Source: Candidatus Poribacteria bacterium (GTDB taxonomy: Bacteria; Poribacteria; WGA-4E; WGA-3G). Taken from it: a stretch of DNA of 64,000 nt. The position numbers and the translations under genes were made by a program. Below are positions 49,248 to 60,266 of the stretch, one piece after another. Within the stretch, counting starts at the first letter, position 1. Every line of letters begins with the position of its first letter. The notes below the pieces were generated by a model. It was not told where the DNA came from, did no database searches, and saw only the letters and a list, made by a program, of their open reading frames with translations. The stretch spans positions 2,720,001 to 2,784,000 of the forward strand of contig OZ240248.1 in the NCBI GenBank assembly GCA_965198235.1. The letters are read 5' to 3'.

Positions 49248-52200
49248 TCAGCGTAATATGGCGAGTTTCCCCACCTGTTCGATTCGACTTCTATCTTCTG
49301 TGTGAGCGATGACGCGATACAGATACACACCATTGGCACATCGCATTCCTGTCTCGTCTCTCCCATCCCAACGGGTCTCATTGGCACCTCGATTTGCGCT
49401 GGCATCGACAAGCGTACGGAGAAGTCTACCGTTGACGCTGTAAATTTTAATTGTGACGGTGTCCGGTGCTTGTGCGAAGTGATAGGTGAAAAAGGTCTTT
49501 CCATCGACCGTGGGATTCGGGACATTGAAAACCTCGCTGAGTGTGACTTCCTCATTTAAGATGAAGGTCGTAACAAGTTCCGCCGTATTTTCGCTGGTAT
49601 CCGTAGCGGTGATATGGAGCTGATACTCGCCATTCGCAAGGTCTGGGGCATAGGTGATAGCGGCATCTGTGGGAACAGCGGGATCGAAGGTTTCAGCGTA
49701 ATCGCTCGCGTCCAGCGGTTCAGGTGTCTCATACACACTTCCAAAATTGAGACGAAAAGCGGTTTCATCAAGCGCGCTATCATCGGTAAGGGTAATCTTG
49801 AAGCGGGATTGTTCTGTAAGTACTGTCCCGTCTATCAAAGGTTCATCAAGTGGCTCGCGCGTCGAACCTGTACCGAGCGCAGTAACCCGGATGTCAATAG
49901 TAGGTGGCGTGAGATCTGGGGCTTCAGTGACAAAAAATCTGTAGATGACAACCCCCTCGTCGCCCCCGATGGTGTTCCCATTGAAATCCTGTGCCGTGAT
50001 AGTGAAGATATACTCGCCGGGAAAGAGAATCGGTTGGTAATCAATCGGCACCGTTTGAAAACCACCCTGCGTGCGGAGTTCATAGTCAGTAATCAACTCA
50101 AGAGGACCGCTGTCCTTTTGTCTTACGATTGAGAGAAACTCAGTATCAATACCATTTGTATCCTGTAACACAATAGAGATACTCGGGCGTGGCGGAATCA
50201 CACTGCCGGTCTGCGGTTGGATACCGTCCACCCATATACTGAAGGCAGGAGGTTCGCTGTCGGTACTCCGCATAAGCGCAAAGTGTGTGAGTTCGCTGAC
50301 CTTTGCCGCTATAGTCCCAACCCGTGCGGTGCTGAATTTCACCTTATCACCGAAGTTAAAGTTCTCAGAGCTTGCGGTGACGATGAGATCCAATCCAAGA
50401 TGGCTGAGGTAAAGGGGTTCATTCACCTTACCTCGGACTTTGACTCCGTTTGGATGATGGATTGGCTCGCCGGAGGCATCGCGGAGTTCGTAACGGACAG
50501 AGTCGGTAAAAAACATAAACCAATCGCCAATCTCAAATTCTCCCTTGGGTCCAGGGCGGCTGTTTACTGTTGCGTTACCATTGCCGAGATTGGCATTCCA
50601 CGTGCGGGTGAGAATGACATCACCTCCGGGGTCATAGTCGGTTTCAAAAGCGAGAATGTCAGCGAATTCAAAGGCGTAGTTGACTCCCAGCGGTGTGCTT
50701 TCTTTCCTCGGAATTCGTACTTCCAAGCCGAACCCTTCCTCCCTGAATGGATTGTCCAATTGCCCGGACTTATCAAGTTTCTGTATGAGTGATTCTCCCT
50801 TACGTTTGAGAAACACTTCGTATTCATCGGAATCTAAAAACAGTAGTATCCAAGTACCAGCAGGAGTGAGATTCGGGTTGATGGTGATGGCGGAAGCCTC
50901 CAATTCCTGTTCGCTCGCATTCTCCATTTGCGTGGGCGTGACGTAGTTCTCGAGCAGAAATTCGCTGTCAGAGGTGTAATTAATCTGTGATGACAGGCGG
51001 CGCCATGCCGAAAAATCTGTTTGCCATGCGTAGATTGCCAACTGATTGGCGAGTTCCGCTAATGCGGTTTTAAATGCGGGGTTGTCGGGTTGGAGCAATG
51101 TCTCTTCCCGCACGGTATCTTCCAAAGCACTCACATCAAAGCGGAGTTTGACCTCGGCAGGTTTCTTGAGTACCCTTACACCTGTGCGAAAAGCAGGTTC
51201 GTAATATTGCGCAACCTCTGTTCCCTGACGAATAAGTCCACGTCGGAGCGCAGCGACGCGAGGAATAGGTGCGAATTGGAGATCCGGTTGAGATGGGTCG
51301 GTAGGCAACTGTGAAGAAACAGAGAGTGGTATACCTGCCTTATTCTGTGGTTCAGTGTCGAGCGCGCTCGCAGGAAAATGGATGTCAAACACCCTATCCA
51401 AACTAAACGCTGTCAACTCCTCTTGCGGTTTATAGTTAAACTCATTGACGATAAAAGAGACGTGTTGTTTGTTATCAAACTGGCGTGATTCTTGGATGTT
51501 TCCGATAATTTTGTCCTCGATCTCCGGATCATCGGGATCCGCGAAAACATAAATCTTGTGTACGCCTGTTGCGAGGGGTTTGTCAAGATCCAACGTTGCA
51601 GTCACGCGTTGCAACGCGTATGTGCCATCCACCCAATCGGTGGATTTAAGGGTTACGCGTCCTATAATGTCGGCATCTTCGTCAATTACGCTATCCCCCT
51701 CCGTATCCGGATTACCCTCAGCAAATACCACCTCAATATCGAATCGAACCGGACGTCCACCAATGTTAACGATTTCTCCGACGAGTTGATAGCCGTTCTT
51801 TTCCTCATCAAACGTATATTGAATAGGTGCCCTGTCGGCTTTGTCCGTGCCAATTGCGATGTTGGGACCCTCAGGCACTCTGACGATCTTACGTTCCGTT
51901 TTTGACGGAATAGCGAGTTCGTGTCCCGTGCTATCCGTAATGAGAAGTCGATAGCGTACTTGCCGTCCGCCCTGTGGCAGTGGTATAGTTTTTTCGAGCT
52001 CATACCACTGTCCGCCGAGGGGTACATCGCCGAGAGGTGCTCGCGCAGGGATCATAGGTATGATCTCGTCTTCAAAGGTAGCGGTGTCATCCCATAATAC
52101 TTTTATACTTCGTATACCGCCTGGTCCTTTATCATCAACAACAAGCACACTAATACTGAGCGTATCTGTGACTTTAATATCAAGGGTTTCTCGGATGTCG

Positions 52201-55200
52201 TGCACAACAGGTGTGTCAACCCAAAACCGAGTTCCACCGATGGCAGCGCGGGTGTTGTCATAAGCGAAGACCCGTGCCACGCCGCCACCCGGTAGTGCGC
52301 TATTTGGAACATCAAGACGAATCGTACCATATTCCCCTTTCCAGATTCTACCGCCGGTACGCTGCACGAGGTCATTGCTAAGATTATCATCAAAATTATT
52401 TGCGAAGATTGCAAAAGCGGAAAGTGACTCCGTGCTAAAATCGGATGCACGTGTGAAGTTCACACCGTCTGAAACCCCAATCTTCGGTCCTTCAATTGTT
52501 CCGACCTCGTTCGCCTTGATGATAATCTCGTGTGTCTTGTTGAGTGCGATGCGTTCTAACTCGACCTTTATGTCAAGTTCAGGGCGAGCAAGGTGAGATG
52601 CGGGGTCTCCGAAGAGTGTATATTGCTCCGTGCCCGGGATCCACTGCGTATTCCGAATGCGACTGATAAAACTAATCTTAGCATCGGCAATAATATGTCC
52701 TACCGTTGGTGGAAGTCCACCATCACCGTTAATAACAAGTTTCGGTTCGCGACCCACGCCGAAAAAAGATTCAAAGAGGTCTTTGTCGAATTCGGCATTT
52801 GCTGTGCCGTATGTTAACCGTGTCGCCGAGAGTGTCGCAATCGCACCATATTTTCCCAACAGAAATTGCTCGCTAAGGCAGAAGTTCCCAACTTGTTGTG
52901 GCTTGTCAAACTGTCCATTAAGACAGGTCGTTGTAATAACGAAGGGAAGGTATCGGTTTCGCAAACGGACAACATCCTCACTATGAAAAATAGCCTCATC
53001 TGCCCAAGTCTGTATCCCACCATGTCCAGTATATTCAATGGCAAGCGCGCCTCTATTGATAGCGGCACGAATTTGAGCGCGTGTGCGTTCGGGACTTTTA
53101 ATCTTTCGGAGATAGATTTGGCGAGTGTCATACCCGACGGGTATAATTTCCTGTATCAATTCATTACGCGATGCCTCAAAAACTCCATCGGATGGGTTAT
53201 CTGTGTGGTCATCTGCCACCTGAATCAATGTCCCTTGCCACAGTCCCGTTTTAAGATTCTTTTCATAGTTGATAATCTTTTCAACCATAGTCGCGAGCTC
53301 TTCAGAGGTCTGAACAGAGAGTCTCCCAATAAGCATATCCGGGAGCGCATCCTCACCGCTGATGTTAACAAAGCGCTGGTCCATAGCGGTTTCCCCACTT
53401 GCGGGTGCCCATCCATGGTACGTAGGCACAGCGATCGGGTAGAGGTTATAGGTGCCCCGAAAATTGGGATCGCGGCGATAACGCTCAACGATAGTGTTTT
53501 TGTAATCATAGTGTGCATCTCCAACGAGGACGACATAAGTGGGCGCAGGCTGTTGCCAACTATTATAGGCGTATCGGAGAAACCGTCGGATCGCGAAGGG
53601 GTTAAAGAGACCATCGCTGAATTCATCGTAGATGTCGTCAATATCAACGACCATGGTCGTCAAACCCTGTGAACGCCGAAATTCAACAAGAGGTTGAATG
53701 CGTTCGACGAAGTTCGGATGCGTAATGACAACATAGTCTGCTTGGTTGGAAGGATTGCGTAACGGCGTTGGCGGTGTCGGAACAAGCGCGTTGATGCTTC
53801 GGTAGGCAGAACGGCTGATGACGAAATAGCGCGTATATTGGTTGACAGTATCCTCAAAGAGAATTTGATGACTGGCACCAACACGGGTGACCTTACCACC
53901 AGTGAGCCTACTGGTAATGCCATTCTTATCAAGTTGATACACATCAATTGTATCGTGAAAGATGTTTCGGACGTTGTAATGGACTTTGCCACGGTTGCGA
54001 GGTTCAGTATTGGTATTGAACTCAAGACGGTTGGCTTGTGCCTGAAAACTTCGCCAATAATCAAATTCATACCAATCGAGATAGAAGTCGTAGGAGCCGG
54101 GAGGAGTTTTGTTAGTATCCAATGCCTCAATGCGCATAAAATTCACCTGATTATTATGGACACGGGCATGTGGAATACTGCGGGTCGCGATCTGAGAACC
54201 TTGGCGCTTCCACTCCTCAACCCTGCCGAGTTGAAGTCCGTTGAAAGAGATTCGTGCTTGATGAAGTGCGTTCCCTCTGCGGGAAGCCCCTTGGAATTTG
54301 AGACGCAAGATTGCCAAGCGGTCAATCGCAAGCCGCGGGACCGCCAAGGGCACCTCTATAGGGATATCTTTTCGACTTGTGTCGATGTTCCCACCGCGGA
54401 AGGCAGCCCAGAAATAGTGATCGGCAAGTTCGGACTTAATCTCGGTGCCAGCCAAGACATCATGATGCACATTCTCTTCAAATCGAGCACGTGCTAAAAA
54501 AGCGGTGGGTGCTATCAAGTTTTGTATCCGCGGCGATACGTCTCGTTCCTCAACGCGTGACCCCTCAATGCCAACATTGGGCTCTCCTTGTAAAGCGAGA
54601 CGAAGCCAGTAAACATTTTCGTCAGTAAATTTGTTGTCAGCCAACGCGCGCCCATAAAAGACCATCCGTTCGCCCGGGTCAAGTGTGTTGTTCCCGTTTT
54701 CATCAAAAATATAGATACCCTGTTTTTGCCCACTACTTTCCAATCGAACGGTATCAAGGTCAATATCTTCTGGCTCGATACCAGCAGCTTTAATGTTATT
54801 ATAGGTAATGCGATAGAGATCCGTTCTGGTAATGGGAATTTTAAATCGGAGCGTACTGGTTGTTAGGATGGGTGCTCCAGGAGCGTGATTTCCGTAAGGC
54901 ATCCGCCGCTGGCTACGCCACGGTTTTGCTTGCTCGTAGTTTCGCAATGTTCCTTGGAATAGACTCTCAAAAGCCGGAGAGTTCCTTGAAAAAGTAGAGG
55001 GCACCGCAGAAACAGTTCCACCAGCAGAAGTTGCCATACCCGGGTTCCCACCCGTTACTGGAAATGGAGGGAAATCAATACGGAACGTCACAGATTTGAA
55101 AATTCTCAACTGCTTTGTTGCCGGATTGTATTGTATCGGGTTGATTTGCAGATTCGCGATGCGCTGCTCCCGCACAAAACCCACAGGGATAGCCTCTACA

Positions 55201-55853
55201 AGCTGTGTCGGGTAAAAGCCCTGAGAAACGCGGGAGTTTTTGGTCAGCAACTTGCCACCGTTTGAAAAGGATTGTAGACGAGTTGCTGGCCAAGTTAGAG
55301 TGGGGAAAATTGGATCGTCTGGCGTAATACGAATATTTTCAACGCTTCTTATCTCTGGACGTGCCTGAATGACAGTGACAATCGGTGTTCCTACGATAGG
55401 AATGCCGATGCGTTGTGTGTAGATAGGTAGACGCGGTTTACCCACGTCAAGCGTCCAATCCGCACCCGCAAAATAGATTTCGGAGGAGTGGCTGTCGGCT
55501 TGCTTCGCAGTGAGAACTGTTCGGCTTTCAGGAAAGGGATTCTCTTTCTCAGACTCTCCCACGCGCTTCAAAAGCTTTGTATTAGTAGGCGTGGGCGAGT
55601 CTGCGCTGACTGCTGATGGCTGACGGCTATTCCTTACTTGGATTTCGGGTAGTGTGAAGCGGACTGTGAGTGTGTCCGATGTGGTTGCAAGAATCTGTAG
55701 AGGGTTTTTGCTTGGGGTTTTTGCTTGGGGTTTTTGATAGGGTGTTTCCTCTGCGGATTTCCCCAATGCTGGTGATGTCTGCGCTACGGAAACCAATGTT
55801 GGAACAGTGTAGAGTGTGAAAAATATGGCTAAAAAAAATAGAATCTTTCTCAT
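49248..55853 (-). CDS. Large secreted C25 (gingipain/PorU-like) cysteine peptidase with Ig-like and FlgD-like/T9SS-type C-terminal domain
   Basis: Signal peptide MRKILFF, propeptide, YVVLVGD, IGRL, YTGHG (His) and TTCLNG (Cys). C-terminal PNP...IYSVNGRLLRTL...WDGRD...NGVYLY. Confidence 0.85.
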   Translation of the reverse strand: MRKILFFLAIFFTLYTVPTLVSVAQTSPALGKSAEETPYQKPQAKTPSKNPLQILATTSDTLTVRFTLPEIQVRNSRQPSAVSADSPTPTNTKLLKRVGESEKENPFPESRTVLTAKQADSHSSEIYFAGADWTLDVGKPRLPIYTQRIGIPIVGTPIVTVIQARPEIRSVENIRITPDDPIFPTLTWPATRLQSFSNGGKLLTKNSRVSQGFYPTQLVEAIPVGFVREQRIANLQINPIQYNPATKQLRIFKSVTFRIDFPPFPVTGGNPGMATSAGGTVSAVPSTFSRNSPAFESLFQGTLRNYEQAKPWRSQRRMPYGNHAPGAPILTTSTLRFKIPITRTDLYRITYNNIKAAGIEPEDIDLDTVRLESSGQKQGIYIFDENGNNTLDPGERMVFYGRALADNKFTDENVYWLRLALQGEPNVGIEGSRVEERDVSPRIQNLIAPTAFLARARFEENVHHDVLAGTEIKSELADHYFWAAFRGGNIDTSRKDIPIEVPLAVPRLAIDRLAILRLKFQGASRRGNALHQARISFNGLQLGRVEEWKRQGSQIATRSIPHARVHNNQVNFMRIEALDTNKTPPGSYDFYLDWYEFDYWRSFQAQANRLEFNTNTEPRNRGKVHYNVRNIFHDTIDVYQLDKNGITSRLTGGKVTRVGASHQILFEDTVNQYTRYFVISRSAYRSINALVPTPPTPLRNPSNQADYVVITHPNFVERIQPLVEFRRSQGLTTMVVDIDDIYDEFSDGLFNPFAIRRFLRYAYNSWQQPAPTYVVLVGDAHYDYKNTIVERYRRDPNFRGTYNLYPIAVPTYHGWAPASGETAMDQRFVNISGEDALPDMLIGRLSVQTSEELATMVEKIINYEKNLKTGLWQGTLIQVADDHTDNPSDGVFEASRNELIQEIIPVGYDTRQIYLRKIKSPERTRAQIRAAINRGALAIEYTGHGGIQTWADEAIFHSEDVVRLRNRYLPFVITTTCLNGQFDKPQQVGNFCLSEQFLLGKYGAIATLSATRLTYGTANAEFDKDLFESFFGVGREPKLVINGDGGLPPTVGHIIADAKISFISRIRNTQWIPGTEQYTLFGDPASHLARPELDIKVELERIALNKTHEIIIKANEVGTIEGPKIGVSDGVNFTRASDFSTESLSAFAIFANNFDDNLSNDLVQRTGGRIWKGEYGTIRLDVPNSALPGGGVARVFAYDNTRAAIGGTRFWVDTPVVHDIRETLDIKVTDTLSISVLVVDDKGPGGIRSIKVLWDDTATFEDEIIPMIPARAPLGDVPLGGQWYELEKTIPLPQGGRQVRYRLLITDSTGHELAIPSKTERKIVRVPEGPNIAIGTDKADRAPIQYTFDEEKNGYQLVGEIVNIGGRPVRFDIEVVFAEGNPDTEGDSVIDEDADIIGRVTLKSTDWVDGTYALQRVTATLDLDKPLATGVHKIYVFADPDDPEIEDKIIGNIQESRQFDNKQHVSFIVNEFNYKPQEELTAFSLDRVFDIHFPASALDTEPQNKAGIPLSVSSQLPTDPSQPDLQFAPIPRVAALRRGLIRQGTEVAQYYEPAFRTGVRVLKKPAEVKLRFDVSALEDTVREETLLQPDNPAFKTALAELANQLAIYAWQTDFSAWRRLSSQINYTSDSEFLLENYVTPTQMENASEQELEASAITINPNLTPAGTWILLFLDSDEYEVFLKRKGESLIQKLDKSGQLDNPFREEGFGLEVRIPRKESTPLGVNYAFEFADILAFETDYDPGGDVILTRTWNANLGNGNATVNSRPGPKGEFEIGDWFMFFTDSVRYELRDASGEPIHHPNGVKVRGKVNEPLYLSHLGLDLIVTASSENFNFGDKVKFSTARVGTIAAKVSELTHFALMRSTDSEPPAFSIWVDGIQPQTGSVIPPRPSISIVLQDTNGIDTEFLSIVRQKDSGPLELITDYELRTQGGFQTVPIDYQPILFPGEYIFTITAQDFNGNTIGGDEGVVIYRFFVTEAPDLTPPTIDIRVTALGTGSTREPLDEPLIDGTVLTEQSRFKITLTDDSALDETAFRLNFGSVYETPEPLDASDYAETFDPAVPTDAAITYAPDLANGEYQLHITATDTSENTAELVTTFILNEEVTLSEVFNVPNPTVDGKTFFTYHFAQAPDTVTIKIYSVNGRLLRTLVDASANRGANETRWDGRDETGMRCANGVYLYRVIAHTEDRSRIEQVGKLAILR

Positions 55854-55897
55854 GGCATTATGGTTTAGTCTTGGATATATACGTTTTGTCTGTAATC

Positions 55898-57022
55898 TTA
55901 CAACGGATTCTCTCGCTGCAAGGCATTTGTGAGTCGCGCAGCACAACTTAGTGCACCCATCAAACTCATTTCGTTAGCGATACCTTTGCCAGCTATGTCA
56001 AACGCCGTACCGTGGTCCACACTTGTTCGGACTATCGGTAAGCCTAAAGTGACATTCACAAGTTCACCAAATCCAAGGAGTTTTATCGGAATATTGCCCT
56101 GGTCATGATACATAACGATAACGGCGTGCCATTCCCCTTGATTTGCCTTGACAAAAAGTGCGTCGGCAGGAAGCGGTCCGTCAATCGTACCGAAGCGTGC
56201 TTGTGCCTGCGCGATGGCTGGACGGATAAAGTATTCCTCCTCTTTTCCGAACGCTCCGTCCTCACCCGCGTGAGGGTTTAACCCCGCAACGACAAGCCTC
56301 GGTTCGGAGATACCACAACCGATCAGTGCCTGTCGAGTGATACGGATAACTTCAATAATTCTTTCGACAGAAAGATGTTTCGGCACATCAGCTAACGCGA
56401 CGTGATTCGTAACGAAAGAAACGGCAAAAGCGACACCGTTATTGGCATTTCGTGGACGATTTAAAGAAGGAGACCACTTGCGGCTTTTCAAAACTTGTTC
56501 GGAACTTAATGCTTCCGGTGTACAGAGCATCATTACCACGTGTGGAGTGCCCGTAAAGGCAGCAAGCATTTCCGTGTGTCCTGGATAGGAAACCCCTGCG
56601 CGGTGTATAGCGGCTTTGCAGATTGGGGCAGTTGTGATGGCATCCAGTTCGCCATGCATCGTAAGATGTGTCCCTGTTTCAATCGCTTTCACAGCAGCGG
56701 CACCCGCGCGTGCATCTATAGTACCGACAGAAATATCCTGAGGGGATATTGAAGACACATCAAGTACATCAATCGTCCCGTGTCTTGCAACCGCTTGCAT
56801 CGGGGTTTTGATTATATTGAGGTTCAGCGGTGGTCTGTTGGAAACTGTGAAGCGGGAACACGCGTCCTGAAGAATAGCAGAACTGCCAATAACAATCGGC
56901 TGGCATAACGAATATACACTGTTATGGGTGAGTGCCTTGACAATGATTTCGGGACCGATGCCAGCCGCATCCCCCATTGTTAGTCCAACTTTCGGTTTTT
57001 TTAAACTATTAAATCTGGTCAT
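55898..57022 (-). CDS. pdxA: 4-hydroxythreonine-4-phosphate dehydrogenase PdxA
   Basis: TMGDAAGIGPE, GHTE, GLNPHAGE, MYHDQG, RTSVDHGTAFDIAG. Confidence 0.95.
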   Translation of the reverse strand: MTRFNSLKKPKVGLTMGDAAGIGPEIIVKALTHNSVYSLCQPIVIGSSAILQDACSRFTVSNRPPLNLNIIKTPMQAVARHGTIDVLDVSSISPQDISVGTIDARAGAAAVKAIETGTHLTMHGELDAITTAPICKAAIHRAGVSYPGHTEMLAAFTGTPHVVMMLCTPEALSSEQVLKSRKWSPSLNRPRNANNGVAFAVSFVTNHVALADVPKHLSVERIIEVIRITRQALIGCGISEPRLVVAGLNPHAGEDGAFGKEEEYFIRPAIAQAQARFGTIDGPLPADALFVKANQGEWHAVIVMYHDQGNIPIKLLGFGELVNVTLGLPIVRTSVDHGTAFDIAGKGIANEMSLMGALSCAARLTNALQRENPL

Positions 57023-57138
57023 CGTTCCACTACGTTTCACGATGGTTTCCGGTTAAGTCCAACCCCCTCTGGGTTATGAAAGGATTTTTAACAATTGGAA
57101 GACTGCATTCTCACTGCGAAGCAAATGGACGCAGTAGC

Positions 57139-57411
57139 TCAGAAGCAATCGTTAGAAAATCGACGATAGAGCGTTGGAGCACGGGCACGCGAGACGTTTC
57201 CAGAGGGCAATTCAAGCACCTCATATTCAGGCTCAGAAGCCTCCTCATCACCTGATGGATGAGGTAAGCGGATAACATCACCAACAGCGAGCATTTTTCC
57301 AGCTTTCGCGACGTGTCCGTTGACACTGACCGTACCTCTGCTACAGAGGGTATTGGCTATTGTTCGCCGTTTCACGAGACGACTGACCTGCAAGAATTTA
57401 TCTAATCGCAT
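57139..57411 (-). CDS. S4-domain RNA-binding protein (YabO/RqcP/Hsp15-like)
   Basis: MRLDKFLQVSRLVKRRTIA...VNG..AK. Confidence 0.88.
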   Translation of the reverse strand: MRLDKFLQVSRLVKRRTIANTLCSRGTVSVNGHVAKAGKMLAVGDVIRLPHPSGDEEASEPEYEVLELPSGNVSRARAPTLYRRFSNDCF

Positions 57412-57623
57412 TTTTTTAACGATTCGCAAAGCGTTAAATCGAGCAATTGGTTCAATAACGGTTTTCGCTTAAGAGTCGCCTGCACCGTTGTTGCAGGCTG
57501 CCATTTTTTTAACTATGGGCTTCCGATCATCGTTCCACGATGGTTTTCGGTGAATTCCGGCCCAACTGCGGATATGATCGCCTTTAAAGTGTGTCTTTGC
57601 CACAACAGGTAGAGACACTGGAA

Positions 57624-60071
57624 CTACACTGGCGGTTGAGAGACGACCGGCACTTCTACAGGAATTTCGGCTTCCACGATAGGATCTGTTAGTGCCTGTT
57701 TTAGCACCTGTGTCATATCGTTGACTTTGTGAAAACGGATACCTTCCCGAATTTCGGTCGGGATGTCAACCTCATCTTTCTCGTTGTCCTCGGGAATAAT
57801 GATGTCGAAAATACCGTTCCGATAGGCAGCGAGTGCCTTTTCTTTTAAGCCACCAATTGGCAGGACTCTTCCGCGGAGCGTAATCTCCCCGGTCATAGCA
57901 ACATCTTTGCGAACGGACTTCCCAGTTAGCGCAGAGAGAATCGCCGTGGCGAGGGTAATTCCAGCAGAGGGACCATCCTTCGGCACTGCACCTTCCGGAA
58001 TGTGAATGTGGATGTCCTGCTGTTCAAACCGATTACCGGAGAGCCCGAAAGATTCCGCGCGAGAGCGGATATAGGCGACAGCAGTCTGGACAGACTCACG
58101 CATCACTTCCTGAAGTTGCCCTGTCATATTTAGTTTGCCTTCCCCCTGCATTGTCGTTGCCTCAACAGAAACAATATCACCGCCAATTTGGGTCCATACC
58201 ATACCTGTAGCAACGCCGACTTCATCGCGTTCCTCGGCTTTCGTGCGCGTCCACTTCGCGGGTCCGAGATAATCGCTCAAATTCGCAGGTGTCACTTCAA
58301 CTTTGAGATCTGGTGTTTCTTCGGTGACGATCTCCCTCGCAACCTTGCGCATGACAGTAGTGATTGTGCGTTCAAGATTTCGCACCCCAGCCTCACGCGT
58401 GTACTTATGAATTATTTCATAGATGGCTTCGTCTGTGAAGGCGACATTGTCAGCTGAAAGCCCATGGCGTTCGAGTTGCTTGAGGATAAGCCCATTTGGT
58501 GTAAAAGTAGCGATGTTATGCTTCTCAAAATCCGTATAACCCGGCAACTCAATGATTTCCATCCGGTCCTGAAGCGCAGGAGGTATGGTAACCCGAGTGT
58601 TGGCGGTCGTGATAAACATAACATCGGAGAGATCAAATGCGATATCCATGTAATGATCTCGGAAAGTGGAGTTCTGTTCCGGATCAAGCACTTCAAGGAG
58701 AGCAGACGCCGGATCGCCTCGGAAATCCGAACTGAGTTTATCAATCTCATCAAGCAAGAACAGTGGATTTTTCGACTTGACATCGCGGAGCCCTTGGATG
58801 ATACGGCCAGGGATTGCGCCGATATAGGTGCGTCTGTGTCCACGAATCTCTGCTTCGTCTCGAACACCACCGAGGGACATTCTGACAAACTTCCTACCTG
58901 TGGCGCGAGCAATTGATTTGCCGAGTGAGGTTTTTCCAACCCCTGGAGGACCAACAAGACAGATAATAGGACCTTTGAGGTGTTTGACGAGTTGTAAAAC
59001 GGCAAGGTATTCCAACACGTTTTCTTTCGGTTTCTCTAACCCGTAGTGGTCCTCGTCAAGTATCCGCTGCGCTTCAGAGAGTGCAAGTTGATGCTCAGTT
59101 TTCTCTTTCCACGGCAACGCGAGTATCCAATCAACATAGGTGCGGATAACACCAGATTCCGCAGACTGCGGGGGTATCTGTGCAAGCCGATCGAGTTCTT
59201 TGAGCGCCTTTTCTTCGGCTTCTTCAGACATTCCGGCATTTTTCACCTGTTCTCGAAGCTCATCAACTTCGGCAATGTCATCCCTGCCCAACTCTTTCTG
59301 GATAACCTTCATCTGTTCCTGAAGGTAGAATTCGCGATGCGTCTTCTGGACGGATTCGCGAACCTGATTATGAATGTCATCACGAAGTTCATTCCGTTCC
59401 AGTGCCTGATTCAAAAACTGAATGATGAGTTGTAAACGCTTAATGGGATTAAGTTCGTCGATGGTAGTTTGGCGTTCCGATGGAGTGAGATTGAGAATTC
59501 CAGCGATAGTATCTGCGAGATGCCCAGGTTCTTCTTGCTCCTTAATAGCGCGTTTGACTTCATCAGAGCTCAAATCTTGAGGTTGTGAACTCCTGCCCTG
59601 TTCCTGCTGTCTCGTCTTTGTGTACTCATTGAAAAGTTTTCTGGCTTCCTTCATGAGAGACTCGGAAGTGCTCGCTAAGCCTATCTCCTCATGGACGATT
59701 TGCACGTCCGCACTCAAAAAGTCATCAGTCTCTGTAAAACGGAGAACAATTGCGCGATGCTCTGAGGCAATAGCGATACGGATAGTGCTGTCGCCGGGTT
59801 CATAAGATTCGATAATATTTGCGACAGCCCCAACGACATGGAGATGTTCAGGAGTTACCTCCTCTCCTTCTTCCAACTCCACTTGTTGGTAGAGGAGGAG
59901 TATACGCCTATTTGAGCGGAGTGCGGCATGGGTCGCTTGGACTCCCATTTGGCGGGCGACATTTAAAAGAGATTTCGTCCTCGGAAAAATCAAAATCGCA
60001 TTGAAATCCGGGGGCAAATAGATAACGGGTAAACTTACCGTTTCATATTCTTTCGTTGCTGTCGAATTCAT
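57624..60071 (-). CDS. lon: Lon protease
   Basis: [33 protein letters not shown]. Confidence 0.98.
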   Translation of the reverse strand: MNSTATKEYETVSLPVIYLPPDFNAILIFPRTKSLLNVARQMGVQATHAALRSNRRILLLYQQVELEEGEEVTPEHLHVVGAVANIIESYEPGDSTIRIAIASEHRAIVLRFTETDDFLSADVQIVHEEIGLASTSESLMKEARKLFNEYTKTRQQEQGRSSQPQDLSSDEVKRAIKEQEEPGHLADTIAGILNLTPSERQTTIDELNPIKRLQLIIQFLNQALERNELRDDIHNQVRESVQKTHREFYLQEQMKVIQKELGRDDIAEVDELREQVKNAGMSEEAEEKALKELDRLAQIPPQSAESGVIRTYVDWILALPWKEKTEHQLALSEAQRILDEDHYGLEKPKENVLEYLAVLQLVKHLKGPIICLVGPPGVGKTSLGKSIARATGRKFVRMSLGGVRDEAEIRGHRRTYIGAIPGRIIQGLRDVKSKNPLFLLDEIDKLSSDFRGDPASALLEVLDPEQNSTFRDHYMDIAFDLSDVMFITTANTRVTIPPALQDRMEIIELPGYTDFEKHNIATFTPNGLILKQLERHGLSADNVAFTDEAIYEIIHKYTREAGVRNLERTITTVMRKVAREIVTEETPDLKVEVTPANLSDYLGPAKWTRTKAEERDEVGVATGMVWTQIGGDIVSVEATTMQGEGKLNMTGQLQEVMRESVQTAVAYIRSRAESFGLSGNRFEQQDIHIHIPEGAVPKDGPSAGITLATAILSALTGKSVRKDVAMTGEITLRGRVLPIGGLKEKALAAYRNGIFDIIIPEDNEKDEVDIPTEIREGIRFHKVNDMTQVLKQALTDPIVEAEIPVEVPVVSQPPV

Positions 60072-60266
60072 ATCTTTTTCCTGGTGCTGGGTGTTAAATC
60101 CCAGCATTTTTTAGACTTCAGTGCCGGGTCAAGATTCACCTTCCATCTCAATAGAGATGCAACTGCTCCCTACTGGAAAGGCACCTTGTTTATGGCACCT
60201 TCTATCTTGGAATGAAATGCTAATTATTTTGCCAAATTGGCAAATGACTTGCACGCCAAACTGTGT

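Noticed and set aside
57525-57575. CGGTGAATTCCG...CAACTG as a cobalamin riboswitch
   Set aside because: Lacks the other conserved elements. It overlaps the repeat CATCGTTCCACGATGGTTTT, also seen near 49190 and, in part, 57020.
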